Shown: positions 10,262 through 20,378 of the stretch, one piece after another
Position numbering within the stretch: position 1 is the stretch's first letter
Layout: each line of letters begins with the position of its first letter
Origin: a virus
Reading direction: 5' to 3' (one strand)
Virus record (IMG/VR): IMGVR_UViG_3300032053_000016
Location: 32,001 to 96,000 of that record
DNA length: 64,000 nucleotides
The notes under the pieces: generated by a model
What the model was told of the DNA's origin: nothing
What the model saw: only the letters and a program-made list of their open reading frames with translations
Databases searched by the model: none
Program-made: the position numbers and the translations under genes

Positions 10262-10753
10262 TCACGTGAGGCCAACGATGACTTCTAGGGATTGTTTGAC
10301 GGAGTTGATGGAGGGAACATCGTAGGTGAGGAGATAACGTCGTAAAGACATCGTCGGTGCATGTGATCTCACTTGAAGATCCTCGGCGTTATCGAGTGGT
10401 AGCATCTCTTGCAAAGAAACGAACGGCATCCACTTCTCTACTGCTGCCCTGATGCGAAACGCAACTTCTTGATCGTAATCGTCGCGCGCGAGCCGTTCAG
10501 ACGCAAGCTCAAATAGGTTTGCCCCAAAGTCGTACTGCCCTAACCGCTCGCCCCAGTTGGTGAGCACGAGGTTGCGCAAGTTGTCCCTAATCTGATCAAA
10601 CAGATCAGTGTGCATTTCGTAAAGTGCTGTATTTCCGTACCGTAACGGTGTTTTGATGCCAATAGGGATGACAACGCGTGCCGCATCGGCCTCAGAGCGG
10701 ATCGTGATCGCGCTCTTACCAACTGACTTGAACGAGATAGCTGATGCTGCCAC
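10262..10753 (-). CDS. gp25-like baseplate wedge / sheath initiator
   Basis: QIRDNLRNLVLTNWGERL...FGANL...I..AVEKWMPFV is the GPW/gp25 signature. Confidence 0.85.
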   Translation of the reverse strand: MAASAISFKSVGKSAITIRSEADAARVVIPIGIKTPLRYGNTALYEMHTDLFDQIRDNLRNLVLTNWGERLGQYDFGANLFELASERLARDDYDQEVAFRIRAAVEKWMPFVSLQEMLPLDNAEDLQVRSHAPTMSLRRYLLTYDVPSINSVKQSLEVIVGLT

Positions 10754-10784
10754 GGGGCTAACTACGCCTTCACTCGCACCCGGC

Positions 10785-11693
10785 TCAGATCAGACCGGTC
10801 AACGTGGCGACGCTTTTTGCGATGGTGCCAGCGCCGACCAACATCCCTACGATGTCAGTGCACACCATGGCAACAACGTCTTTGATGTAGATGAGGATCG
10901 ACGCGACGAAGATCTTCGGCACAACGAGCAGAATACCCAGATCGATCAACAAGTTGATGACGATGTCGAAAGCAAGCCCTAGAACCAACTTTGGAAGGTT
11001 TGGCAGATCGAGAACCAACTTGATGTCTGGTGGCACCGTGAACTTCAAAAGTAGGTCAAATGGTAGCTTTATCAAACCTAACAAGAGATCAGGCAACACT
11101 AACGGAGGGAGCGCTACATCAAAAGAAGGGAACGGGATCGGCGGTGGGATTGGAGGCAAAGGAATCGAAGGTAAACTCAACTTGATTCCTAGATCAGCAA
11201 GTTTTATCGCAAGATCTGGAGGTGTGATCTTCAACTGCGCAGCTAGATCAGGCAGCGTGAACGGGATTGGGAGATCCACGTCCAGATCGAGCCCAACGTC
11301 GAAGATGGGGAAGAGTGGTGTCGTCCCGTTGGCGTCCATGGCAATCGCCGTCTTCTCGTAGAGAAGATCGGGGAAGATGGCGTGCCACATTGGACATTTG
11401 CTGGGATCCACGAGTTGAGAAGCGATGATCGCTGCGATCGGGTCTGTTTCGAACCAGAAGACAGGCTCGGTCGTCAAAGTCGTGATGTTGAATATCGTTG
11501 GACCTGGGATCGGCGGGAGTGGAAAGAGTGAGTTGAAGATCTTCGTTGACGGAGATCCTCCTTGCCCATTTGCGTTGCCACTCAACAGAAGCGCAACAAC
11601 CTCTTCGATGTACTTGTCCTTCGCCGTCTTCGTCAGTTTGCCGTCTTTCAGCAATCCAACTCCAGTGAGGATAGGACCGTAGACTTTTGCCAT
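10785..11693 (-). CDS. Proline-rich hydrophobic protein in the baseplate module
   Basis: 302 aa with LPSIPLPPIPPPIPFP and a hydrophobic C-terminus. Confidence 0.6.
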   Translation of the reverse strand: MAKVYGPILTGVGLLKDGKLTKTAKDKYIEEVVALLLSGNANGQGGSPSTKIFNSLFPLPPIPGPTIFNITTLTTEPVFWFETDPIAAIIASQLVDPSKCPMWHAIFPDLLYEKTAIAMDANGTTPLFPIFDVGLDLDVDLPIPFTLPDLAAQLKITPPDLAIKLADLGIKLSLPSIPLPPIPPPIPFPSFDVALPPLVLPDLLLGLIKLPFDLLLKFTVPPDIKLVLDLPNLPKLVLGLAFDIVINLLIDLGILLVVPKIFVASILIYIKDVVAMVCTDIVGMLVGAGTIAKSVATLTGLI

Positions 11694-11695
11694 TT

Positions 11696-13084
11696 CTACT
11701 TGACCAACACCTTGCTGGCAAACGTCCCGTTCAACGCGTCAGCTCCACCTTGCGAGCCAAGCATCGTGTCGATGATCGGCGTGGCGGTGACCGATCCACC
11801 CGCCCCCTTGTTGTTGACCCTCGTGCACAGGATCGCCTTGTCAGCGTCCTCACCACCCAGTAGAACAAGCCCGGTCTTCGCTGGCAACGCCACGATGTTT
11901 CCATCCTTGATGAGGAACCCGGCGCATTCTGACTCTGGTGAGTCTGCCTTGGGTTGGACAAGGATCTTTGCTGTCTTTCGTGCGATCAGTCGGATGTGAT
12001 CGGTTTTGATGACCGTCGCGGGGCCCGGCTTCTCCTTGCTGGAGAAGTTGATCTCGAAGTTCCCGTCGGCGTCCGTGTTCATCGAAACGTACATCCTTGA
12101 CAGATCAAGCGCGAAATCGGGATCGCCTTCTTCTTTGTTCTCGTCTGCTTTTCGTTTCGATCCTTCCTTCTTTCCAAGCGTGTTGGTCACTTCTTTGGGT
12201 GCTGTCTTCTTGGAGCTGCCACGTCCCGCGACGATGTCGATGGTACCAGCAAGACCCTTCGCATCTTTGTCAGGCTTCCCTTTGACACGTTTGCCTTTGG
12301 GTGTGGATTCGAACTCAGCTGTGCGTCCAACACGGTCAGTGCCGAGCACGATGAGCGTGTTGTTTGAACCCTGAAAGGCTGTGTCTCCTGGGCGTTTTCG
12401 GTAACGTGGGACCAGCTCATGATCTGCCACCTTGCCCGAGTCAGAGTCTTTCAGCAACTTCTCGTACGCCTTGGCGTCTGTGTCAGACGAGCTTGCGCCC
12501 ACATTGGTAGTCTCAACCTTCCCATCGCGCACGAACGTTGGCCCGTTGTCAAACCCTGGTTTTGGATCTGCTGATCCTTCGTACTTCTCGGCTGTGTCTT
12601 TTGCGCGTTCGGACACGTGGAACTTCCGGTCCGCGTGTGTGTGGTTGAGGTCGTCAACATGTCTTGGTTCCGAGATCCTGCACATCCAGAAACCGTGGTC
12701 GATGGATTTTTCCTGCTCAAAGAACGCCCAAACATGTTCTCCAGCTTGCGCTGGCAACATGATGTGTGGCGGAAAGAACGGAAAGAGGTAGTGGTGACGT
12801 TCGTGACCGCCGGCTGACTCGTTCACCACACGCGCGATGACCGTGTTTGGAGGCATCTGCTTGAGGAACGCCGCCTCAGTGAGGCCGTACTTCCCCTGGA
12901 TGTCTTTGATTCGATCGTCGTCGAGCTCCTGTGGATCGAATATGACTTCATCGACGAGGAAACGTTTCAAAAAACGATCACCGCCAAGCGTTCCAGCTCC
13001 AAGAGCCATGGCGCCAAGTACAGAGCCAACTCGACCCTCAGCGGCTGCGGATGTCGCACTGTTTCCGGCGCTTCTATTCGTCAT
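11696..13084 (-). CDS. Putative baseplate hub/spike (gp5-like) protein
   Basis: PFFPPHIMLP..GEHVW (OB-fold-like), GDTAFQGSNNTLIVLG, and short beta-repeat segments; position upstream of gp25. Confidence 0.5.
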   Translation of the reverse strand: MTNRSAGNSATSAAAEGRVGSVLGAMALGAGTLGGDRFLKRFLVDEVIFDPQELDDDRIKDIQGKYGLTEAAFLKQMPPNTVIARVVNESAGGHERHHYLFPFFPPHIMLPAQAGEHVWAFFEQEKSIDHGFWMCRISEPRHVDDLNHTHADRKFHVSERAKDTAEKYEGSADPKPGFDNGPTFVRDGKVETTNVGASSSDTDAKAYEKLLKDSDSGKVADHELVPRYRKRPGDTAFQGSNNTLIVLGTDRVGRTAEFESTPKGKRVKGKPDKDAKGLAGTIDIVAGRGSSKKTAPKEVTNTLGKKEGSKRKADENKEEGDPDFALDLSRMYVSMNTDADGNFEINFSSKEKPGPATVIKTDHIRLIARKTAKILVQPKADSPESECAGFLIKDGNIVALPAKTGLVLLGGEDADKAILCTRVNNKGAGGSVTATPIIDTMLGSQGGADALNGTFASKVLVK

Positions 13085-13464
13085 CGTTTCTTGCCGATCT
13101 TTGTCGGTTCTTCCGCGAACTTGTCGTAGAGTGCATCCGCCGAGATCTCGCCGGTGTCAGCTTGATTCTCAAGGGCTGCGTTGACTAGCTCAGCCAGTTT
13201 GAGCAGCTGATCGTTCGCTCGACTCATTCTCTCGATGTACTTCGCGATGTTTGGCCCATGCAAGGCGTGTTGCTGTGCATCATCGGACACAAACCCTGAC
13301 AGGTGCGTGTACATCTGGAAAGCGTAGTCACGATCCTGCAAGGCGTTGGTGTAGATGTCCTGCCACAGGATCTTGCGTTTGTCCTGTAGCGAGGTGATAG
13401 AGTCGAGAAGGTCCTTGAACCCTGCGATCTTCACGTTGATTGCTTCGTTGATTGTCGTTCCCAC
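13081..13464 (-). CDS. Hypothetical helical protein
   Basis: 127-aa ORF overlapping the next start. Confidence 0.6.
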   Translation of the reverse strand: MGTTINEAINVKIAGFKDLLDSITSLQDKRKILWQDIYTNALQDRDYAFQMYTHLSGFVSDDAQQHALHGPNIAKYIERMSRANDQLLKLAELVNAALENQADTGEISADALYDKFAEEPTKIGKKR

Positions 13465-13485
13465 GAGACTAAGGTAACACCTTGC

Positions 13486-14247
13486 TCAGAGATCGAGGAT
13501 CCCGATTCGTTCAAGACGGTAACGTCTTTTGATAGACTGGAGCGCAGTTGTGAGTTGCTTGGATGTGAGCCCTGACAGTTCTCGCAAGTAAAGCAGGATT
13601 CCGCTCTTGTTTAGGATGTCAGGAGCGTTGTGACCGTTCACGAGCTCGAACAGACGTGAGATCGAATCGATGCACAAGATCTCGTTTGGGTTGGTTGTCT
13701 CATGACGTAGTTCCCCCAACATGGCAACGATCTTCCTTGATATGATCCCGTCTGGTCGATTCTCATCCTCAAACACACGCTGAGAATCCTCCATGATTTG
13801 AGACTCGAACGGCGCGATCTGATCCTCGTCGTCGATGGAGATGAGTCTTCTAGCCTTGGTGTTCTTCTGCTTCGTACGGATGATGAGCCAGTTCTTGGCA
13901 ACGACGTTGAAATACGAGAAGGCATTTGTTCCTCTCGTTGAGTCAAACTTGTGAATGGTCTCAAAGAGAAAATGCACACAATCGAACTTCAACTCTTCAG
14001 AAGTCTCATTTGCTGCCGTGAAACGATGGATGTTGACAAGGTTGTCAACCAACGCTGTGAACGCTGGTGAGATCCTTGCCACGTAGACGATGTCACGTGC
14101 CTTCTTATCCTCGCCTAGCCCTTGGTACTCGACGATCGCGGCTTGCGTGTCAGCATTGAAGTACATGCGAGACGGATCGGTCTTGCCCGGTTTCCGCTTG
14201 ATCTTCGGTCGTGGCAACGTGGATTTTTCATTCTTGATCGGTGTCAC
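13486..14247 (-). CDS. Phage sigma-like factor (T4 gp55-like late transcription factor)
   Basis: YFNADTQAAIVEY...KFDSTRGTNAFSYFNVVAKNWLI resembles the gp55/sigma region-2 'FDP.K..AF.YF' motif. Confidence 0.6.
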   Translation of the reverse strand: MTPIKNEKSTLPRPKIKRKPGKTDPSRMYFNADTQAAIVEYQGLGEDKKARDIVYVARISPAFTALVDNLVNIHRFTAANETSEELKFDCVHFLFETIHKFDSTRGTNAFSYFNVVAKNWLIIRTKQKNTKARRLISIDDEDQIAPFESQIMEDSQRVFEDENRPDGIISRKIVAMLGELRHETTNPNEILCIDSISRLFELVNGHNAPDILNKSGILLYLRELSGLTSKQLTTALQSIKRRYRLERIGILDL

Positions 14248-14554
14248 TTGTTGGAACCTTCTCTTCTTCTTCGGTATTCCAACTTTGAGCGAGGCGAATT
14301 GCCACAGTCATAAGGCTGGCGTGAACTCGCTTGAGCTCGTTGTGAATCTGTAACACTCTGGCATCGTTTGCCGCCAATGGCATGTCAAGGATCTTTCCAA
14401 CCACGATGTGAGCCGTGTTGATCGTGTCAAGACATGCTTCAACGGCTAAACCACCGGCATAGGCCGTGTTGTTGATCTTCAACGCTCGAAGTGTGATCAA
14501 CACGTTACCGGTGATGCTCGCTATCAACAGAAGAGACAAGATAACGACGATCAT
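14228..14554 (-). CDS. Small protein with an N-terminal membrane anchor
   Basis: MIVVILSLLLIASITGNVLI hydrophobic stretch followed by a helical region. Confidence 0.6.
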   Translation of the reverse strand: MIVVILSLLLIASITGNVLITLRALKINNTAYAGGLAVEACLDTINTAHIVVGKILDMPLAANDARVLQIHNELKRVHASLMTVAIRLAQSWNTEEEEKVPTSDTDQE

Positions 14555-15750
14555 CCGCCCACCTTCATGAGCACATCATCAAAAACAGCGCTCCAAGCGT
14601 TAGCGATAGCATCTTGACTGTATTTTGCTCGAATCTTCACGCCGAGATCCTTAGCCCACTCACGTGGGATGCTGCACGACGTGTGAAACTTGCGTACGCG
14701 TCGTCTGAAATCTGATTCAGAGACCTCAGCCCACTTCGCTCCGCGTGGGAAGATCTTGTCGTCTGCACGTTCCTTGGGGATCGTCGCCAACGTGCATGGA
14801 AGGTCCACGTAACGCCCAAGACCGAGAAACTCGGTGTGCGCTGACCAACCTGTCGCGATGACGGGCAGATCACACGCAGCTGCCTCCAGTAGTGGCAACC
14901 CAAAGCCTTCACCGCGTGTCGCGCTGACCAGCGCTTTGACGTTCGGGTGACGATACAGTGCAGCGACGGCATGATCGTCAAGGTCGCCGTGCACAAGGTG
15001 AAGCTCTGGAAGCTTCTTCTTCGTGCGTGAAGTAACATCGTTGACAATGTTTCGAACCGTGTTCTCCGTGTGATACGCGTCGAACGTGGTGCTACGACCC
15101 TGATTCGTCTTCAAAAGGATGCCAACGTCTTTGTCGTCGGCGAACTCCTCAAGCAGCCAACGTATCGTGTTGTGCAAGTTCTTGCGATCGGCACGAGCGT
15201 TATCTTGCCCTGTCATCTGCCCAAACACAAGAAACGTGAACAAGGGTAGCGGATCCAACGTTGAAGTGTCGATGTTTGCGTCAAGAAGCGCGCTCGGAAA
15301 ACTCTCAGCGATGACGTGTGCTTTTTCAACAGGAGCGGACCAACCAGCGTTCTTGAGACTGTTGAGCGCGTGCTTAGATGGCACAACAACATGATCCATA
15401 CTGTTACACGCTGTCACCCACTCAGGAACTGATTTGTCAGTTTCAACCGCAGCAGTGACACCAACGTTCACGGTCGCGAGCGTAGGGTTCCATTCATTTG
15501 GCAGCTGGAGTTGGAAGCTCACGTCAGCTTTTCTTGGCAGTGGCTTGCAGCGCATCGCGAGCGCGTTCACAAGCGGATCGCGATCGACGTTCGTGATCCA
15601 GGTCGTGTTCCCCCAATACAACGGCTCACAGTAAAGTTCGATAGAGTCAGCGGCGACGAGACGCATCAACCACTCGCCAATCTGACGTGCGTGCGTGCCG
15701 TATCCCGACATTGTCAGGATGGGCGCGCGCAGGATGACGACGGGTTTCAC
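14551..15750 (-). CDS. GT-B (GT4-like) glycosyltransferase
   Basis: SGYGTHAR N-terminus; TRGEGFGLPLLEAAACDLPVIATGWS. GTG start at 15750 overlaps the upstream stop. Confidence 0.85.
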   Translation of the reverse strand: MKPVVILRAPILTMSGYGTHARQIGEWLMRLVAADSIELYCEPLYWGNTTWITNVDRDPLVNALAMRCKPLPRKADVSFQLQLPNEWNPTLATVNVGVTAAVETDKSVPEWVTACNSMDHVVVPSKHALNSLKNAGWSAPVEKAHVIAESFPSALLDANIDTSTLDPLPLFTFLVFGQMTGQDNARADRKNLHNTIRWLLEEFADDKDVGILLKTNQGRSTTFDAYHTENTVRNIVNDVTSRTKKKLPELHLVHGDLDDHAVAALYRHPNVKALVSATRGEGFGLPLLEAAACDLPVIATGWSAHTEFLGLGRYVDLPCTLATIPKERADDKIFPRGAKWAEVSESDFRRRVRKFHTSCSIPREWAKDLGVKIRAKYSQDAIANAWSAVFDDVLMKVGG

Positions 15751-17000
15751 TTGATCACCTTCTTGGTCCAACGTGGTCGCCTAGAACGCCAGTTGGTGAT
15801 CACGTCATCCAACCCCTTGTCCCATGTCTTGATAAGGTTGTCCATGTCAAACTCCGTGTGAGCGTAACGCATCGCTTTGAGTCCCAACTCCTTACGAACA
15901 TCAGGCTCCATCTTGTACATCTGCCAGTAAGCATCGGCAACAGACTCTGGTTTGACGATGTCTTCCACGATGTACGGCGTGGATTGGCTGCCAACAAGTT
16001 TCTTGCAGTCGACTTCAAGCGGGATGCCGTTGAACGATCCGTCACGGTAATCAATGACTTGCCGCGTCATGCCTCCTGTCTTGTTGGCAATGATGGGCTT
16101 GCCGCACATCATCGCTTCAAGCGTTCCGAGCCCAAATCCTTCAGCGTACGAGATGTTGACGACCGCGTCCGAGATGTTGTAGAGCACACGCATGTCGTCG
16201 AGGTTGAGCTGCTCACGTGAGAACACAACGTTGTTGTTGAGCTTGAGGATGTCAAGGACATGCAACAGGTTAGGCCCTTCGAAATCGTTTGGATCGGTGT
16301 GCATCAACAGCGTTGCCTTCTGATGACCCTCTTCTTGCTGGAGTTTATCAAGGAACATTCGGAAAGACCACATCACATCTGCTGGACGCTTGCGGTGCGC
16401 GTTGCGGTTGACCCATGAAACGACAAAGTGATCTGAGCGGTCTGGCAGTAGACGGTTGCGATGCATCTGCTGCTCACCGACGGGAAGCGGGTAAAAGACG
16501 TCCTTCGGCAAGGCATGTGGAGCCCACTTGACCTTCTCATCGCCGAAGATCGGCTGCAGGAAGTCGTACGTTGGACGGTTGATGCAGAAGAACATGTCGA
16601 CGATGTCGTACACGTTCCTGTTGTAGAGCGGCGGGTACTCACACTGATCCCAGAGATGGTTGTACACGATGGGGCACACCTGGTGGATCTCGTCGTGCAC
16701 TTCAAACATGTTCATGAAGAACCGAGGGTCGTTGAAGATCACGATGGCGTCTGGCTTTTCGGTCGCGAGGAGCTGCCGATAGAGATTCTTGTCGCCGAAC
16801 CCATCGATCGGTTTCACGCAGACGTCGATTCCTGGGACCTGGACGACGTCGTAGTTCTCGTGTTTGATGGCCGCGCCAAGTTGGCAGATCTTGTACTTGT
16901 TGGTTGCGGCGAGCCCGCACGCGAGGTAGCGACTTTGCGTGCCGACTCCTGAACTTGCGAGGAGGTTATCACTGACTAGGACAATCTTCTTCTTTGTCAT
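15747..17000 (-). CDS. GT-B (GT4-like) glycosyltransferase
   Basis: SGVGTQSR, NRNAHRKR, AEGFGLGTLEAMMCGKPII. Confidence 0.88.
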   Translation of the reverse strand: MTKKKIVLVSDNLLASSGVGTQSRYLACGLAATNKYKICQLGAAIKHENYDVVQVPGIDVCVKPIDGFGDKNLYRQLLATEKPDAIVIFNDPRFFMNMFEVHDEIHQVCPIVYNHLWDQCEYPPLYNRNVYDIVDMFFCINRPTYDFLQPIFGDEKVKWAPHALPKDVFYPLPVGEQQMHRNRLLPDRSDHFVVSWVNRNAHRKRPADVMWSFRMFLDKLQQEEGHQKATLLMHTDPNDFEGPNLLHVLDILKLNNNVVFSREQLNLDDMRVLYNISDAVVNISYAEGFGLGTLEAMMCGKPIIANKTGGMTRQVIDYRDGSFNGIPLEVDCKKLVGSQSTPYIVEDIVKPESVADAYWQMYKMEPDVRKELGLKAMRYAHTEFDMDNLIKTWDKGLDDVITNWRSRRPRWTKKVIK

Positions 17001-17033
17001 ATCGCGCTGGTCCGGAATATAAGACGTTTTCGA

Positions 17034-17294
17034 TCAAGCCAAACGACGACGATCATTACAACACTCAAACGGCGTCGTCTGACGCTCCCACCAAGTGCTT
17101 ACTCGATTATCAAGTGTGCTAAGAAACGTGTGCACGTCACACTCAACACCATCAACATCCCCAGCCACCGTTTTGATCACGATGTACACGATACTGAACT
17201 TCTCAAATGGAGTGAGAGTTGGGTAATCGAACTCCCACGACTCACCTGTGCGGTCATGAATGGGTTTTCCGTCTGATAGTTTAGAGACACTCAT
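17034..17294 (-). CDS. Hypothetical protein
   Basis: Fills the gap between two genes; ATG at 17294. Confidence 0.4.
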   Translation of the reverse strand: MSVSKLSDGKPIHDRTGESWEFDYPTLTPFEKFSIVYIVIKTVAGDVDGVECDVHTFLSTLDNRVSTWWERQTTPFECCNDRRRLA

Positions 17295-17317
17295 GCCGCT
17301 TAATTCATGTTGAGCGA

Positions 17318-18142
17318 TCACGGGCACCACTCCGTCTTCTTGTACTCGCAGTACTTGCAGTTCCACTCACTCTTGTTTTTGATAGCCATGCCACGTTTGA
17401 CGCTGCCGACGAAGTTGTTTAGGACAGTGAGCGTGCGTTTCGACGTCGTGGGGCCGACTGACACAGGGATGAAGCTGCAGAGTTTGCCGGCCTTCGCGGA
17501 TTTTACCGCGATGATGTACGCACATTTGATACGATCGTGTGGGATGTTCGCCTTCGCAGACCAGAAGTTCTTGTACAAGGAGAGCTGATACGTGACCTTG
17601 GGATCCATCAACTTTCGCTTGTCCCACGGTCTCGACGCGGTCTTCCAGTCGATGACCCAGAAGATGGTGCCGTGCTTCTTGTCTGGCACCTCGATGATGA
17701 GGTCGATGAACCCTTTGAAGGCTGTGTCAGCGTGCTGCGCAACATCCAGGATGATGGCCTCGTAGAGGTTGTCCTCTGTCTTGTGAAGCTTCCACTCAGG
17801 GAACTTTGCGTTGAGGAATCCCATCGCCTCGACGGACATCAGGATCGCGCGTTCAACGTTCGCCTCAGGGTCAAACTTCTCACGTTCCTTCGGATCGGTG
17901 ACACGCTCTAGTTCCTGCTTGACAACCCTCAAGATCTCAACACGGTCAGGCTCCTTGCCGTTCGCTCTAGCCTCAACACAGCTGTGGAACGCGGTCCCGA
18001 TGATAGTGGCAGTTCCACGCTTATCAAGATCGATCTTCTTGACATGTTTGAGCAAATGTCGGTAGCTGCAGGTCATCCAGTCACTCATTTCACTGTATGA
18101 CACGTGCGGCTTCCCCGTGGGGAGATGTTTGTAATCGTTCAC
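17318..18142 (-). CDS. PD-(D/E)XK (RecB/Cas4-like) exonuclease with probable Fe-S cysteines
   Basis: SYS...C, GTAFH, KGFIDLI, VIDWKT, QLSLY and C-terminal CKYC...WCP. Confidence 0.8.
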   Translation of the reverse strand: MNDYKHLPTGKPHVSYSEMSDWMTCSYRHLLKHVKKIDLDKRGTATIIGTAFHSCVEARANGKEPDRVEILRVVKQELERVTDPKEREKFDPEANVERAILMSVEAMGFLNAKFPEWKLHKTEDNLYEAIILDVAQHADTAFKGFIDLIIEVPDKKHGTIFWVIDWKTASRPWDKRKLMDPKVTYQLSLYKNFWSAKANIPHDRIKCAYIIAVKSAKAGKLCSFIPVSVGPTTSKRTLTVLNNFVGSVKRGMAIKNKSEWNCKYCEYKKTEWCP

Positions 18143-18252
18143 GTAGTGAAGCTAACACTCTCACCAGAAACGGTCAGGTAGGTATGACGTGATGACGCTC
18201 TCGTTACTATTGTCTTGTGACGTCACTGTCAAACGTCTGAATAGCTAAGAAC

Positions 18253-18732
18253 ATGCTCACACGCGCGAAGTTGAACACCCTGGTGGAACGTGTTGTCAGA
18301 CGTCTAAGCGAGGCAGTCCCGCCGCCGGCGACCGCTAAGGCAGGAAACTTCCGCTACAACGCAGCTGGCGAATCCATTCCAGACGAGCAGTCGGCGACGA
18401 GCCCCACGACAGGCACGACCCCCACACAGATGCCACCGACGCAGCATCCACCGACCATGCCGGCCGCGAGAAGCACGACGCAGCAGCAGGCCGACGCGGA
18501 GACGCAAGGCAGCACAATCAGTCGCAACCCGATGGCGCGTCCAAACACACAGAAGACCAACAAGGTCAACAACATCAAGAAGGCGCTCGACGCTCAAGGG
18601 TACACCGCGGATCCTGCCAAAGCGAAGCATGTGACACAAAGCCTCAACGCTTGGTACGATCAGCTCGATCCGTCTGACGCTCTCGTGGCGACCGCAGACG
18701 AGCTTGCCTTGCGATTCGCTGGCGAGGGATGA
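18253..18732 (+). CDS. Hypothetical protein with a T/P/Q-rich linker (possibly virion-internal)
   Basis: 159 aa; preceded by TAGCTA 5 nt upstream; overlaps the kinase start. Confidence 0.6.
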   Translation: MLTRAKLNTLVERVVRRLSEAVPPPATAKAGNFRYNAAGESIPDEQSATSPTTGTTPTQMPPTQHPPTMPAARSTTQQQADAETQGSTISRNPMARPNTQKTNKVNNIKKALDAQGYTADPAKAKHVTQSLNAWYDQLDPSDALVATADELALRFAGEG

Positions 18733-19685
18733 GACTCCTCCGAGCTCTCGTCAGAGGCATGCTTCTCGAGGACGAGGACATGCTCAAGAAATGGGCGCTG
18801 ACGAGCGGCACCCCAGTCGAGCATGAGCTTGCGAAGAAGGGCATCGTCCCGATCCAGCACGGCGCTGAGCAGACATCCAAATTGGGTAGTGGCAGAACAA
18901 ACACGGTGTTGGACGTCATTTACAAGGGACGTCGAGCGGTGGCCAGGATGTCTGAAGATATGGATGAGCTGGACAAAATGGTCAATTTTGTCTCAAAAGC
19001 GAACTCTCTTCCAGCAAAGTATCGCAAGCATTTTCCCAAAATTCTCACGACATTCGATCTCGAGATCGAATCAGAACACAGCATCGAGTACTACTACGGA
19101 GCAGTCGTTGAACAGTTGGATCCCATGCCGCCGGGTCTTGAGTTTGACTTAGACCATCAGAGTCTTGTAGGCAATTTGCAGCGTTCGCGAGCGAGCGCCG
19201 TGTTGAACAACCACAAGCTTGTTGAAGACATTGCTGACGATGCGACTGACATCAAAGATGTTCGTGACGAACTCATCACGATGTATGAACTTGACATCAG
19301 AGGGAAGCTTCTATCGTTTGTTGGCAAACCCATCAACGACTTCGATGAGTACCTCGTTGGTGTGATCGACAAGCATGCTGATGGAAGAAAATTCAACAGA
19401 GCTTACTACAAGTTTGGACGCGGGTTGCTCACGGCGTTGAGAGGCGCCACGATCCCACATGAACCAACATCGTCTAGAGCAGAGAAGCAGGTTGCGATCG
19501 GGCATCCTTCGAGGAAGGTTCGTGAATTCTATGAGTTCCTTGAAGCCCTAAAGAACGCAGGCATGGAGTGGTCTGACCTACACACTGGCAACTTCATGGT
19601 TCGACGCGAAACAGGCGACTTCGTCGTCGTCGATCCAGGTGATTTCCTAGATCTACGTGGTGAAGCTCGTGAACAGTCGTGGTGA
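18729..19685 (+). CDS. Protein kinase-like fold protein
   Basis: KLGSGRTNTV Gly-loop, SDLHTGNFM catalytic loop, VVDPG in place of DFG. Confidence 0.7.
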   Translation: MRLLRALVRGMLLEDEDMLKKWALTSGTPVEHELAKKGIVPIQHGAEQTSKLGSGRTNTVLDVIYKGRRAVARMSEDMDELDKMVNFVSKANSLPAKYRKHFPKILTTFDLEIESEHSIEYYYGAVVEQLDPMPPGLEFDLDHQSLVGNLQRSRASAVLNNHKLVEDIADDATDIKDVRDELITMYELDIRGKLLSFVGKPINDFDEYLVGVIDKHADGRKFNRAYYKFGRGLLTALRGATIPHEPTSSRAEKQVAIGHPSRKVREFYEFLEALKNAGMEWSDLHTGNFMVRRETGDFVVVDPGDFLDLRGEAREQSW

Positions 19686-19688
19686 TCT

Positions 19689-19883
19689 TCAGCGGAACGT
19701 AGCCTTGACAACCTTGCTGTTCTCGATCTCCACACAGACTCTGTCTGTGCGTTCATCTTCGGGGTAGGAGAGGAACGGCACACCGTCGACGCTGATGAGC
19801 CGGAAGAGCATGTTCTTCAGTTCGGCCACGTCCTGCGCACGCTTCTTAGACATCCCAACGAAATCAACGATCGGTGTGGTCAT
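19689..19883 (-). CDS. Small hypothetical protein
   Basis: 64 aa, coupled to the phosphatase gene. Confidence 0.55.
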   Translation of the reverse strand: MTTPIVDFVGMSKKRAQDVAELKNMLFRLISVDGVPFLSYPEDERTDRVCVEIENSKVVKATFR

Positions 19884-20371
19884 GTAGTCGACTCTACGTC
19901 GATCGTTGGCAGTGTTGGACTCTCAGTTTCTTTGAGGTTGTCGATCAACCACTTTGCGAACGTGTCGTTGCACAGCGCCATCGGTCGGCAACTGCGTATG
20001 TGTTCGACACACTCTTCACCAGACCACCCAGTGCGCAAATGAAGTGCCATGGCTGTCACCATGCCGGATCGGTTGAGGCCGGCCATGCATGTGACAAGCA
20101 CCCTCTTGTCTTTGTCAAGCAGTTGAGCGACACGTTGTGCAGCAAGGATCCACGTCGGCAAGAAGCGCATCATGCGGTTGACTCGCACGTCATCGTCCCC
20201 AGGCGCGCAGATCACCTGAACGCCTGGGTACAGCTCTTCGTTTTGATTCTCGCCTGCTGCAAGGACGAGCACGTCAAACCCACGTTTTGCGAGCTCGTCC
20301 CCGTACGGGGGATAAGCGCCTTGATACAACCCTTCGTAGATCTGATTCACGTCGATCGATGGCATGTTCAC
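19880..20371 (-). CDS. Dual-specificity (Cys-based) protein phosphatase
   Basis: VLVTCMAGLNRSG is a CX5R motif; also IYEGLYQG and IRSCRP. Confidence 0.85.
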   Translation of the reverse strand: MNMPSIDVNQIYEGLYQGAYPPYGDELAKRGFDVLVLAAGENQNEELYPGVQVICAPGDDDVRVNRMMRFLPTWILAAQRVAQLLDKDKRVLVTCMAGLNRSGMVTAMALHLRTGWSGEECVEHIRSCRPMALCNDTFAKWLIDNLKETESPTLPTIDVESTT

Positions 20372-20378
20372 ACTCTAG

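Noticed and set aside
17318-18142. Cas4-like nuclease as a sign of a CRISPR system
   Set aside because: No repeat-spacer array or other cas genes were seen; solo PD-(D/E)XK nucleases are common in phages.
18204-18232. Sigma70-like promoter on the minus strand (TTGACA-17-TAGTAA) with GTGACGTCAC palindrome in the spacer
   Set aside because: Single instance with a weak -10; plausible but not supportable without transcription-start data.
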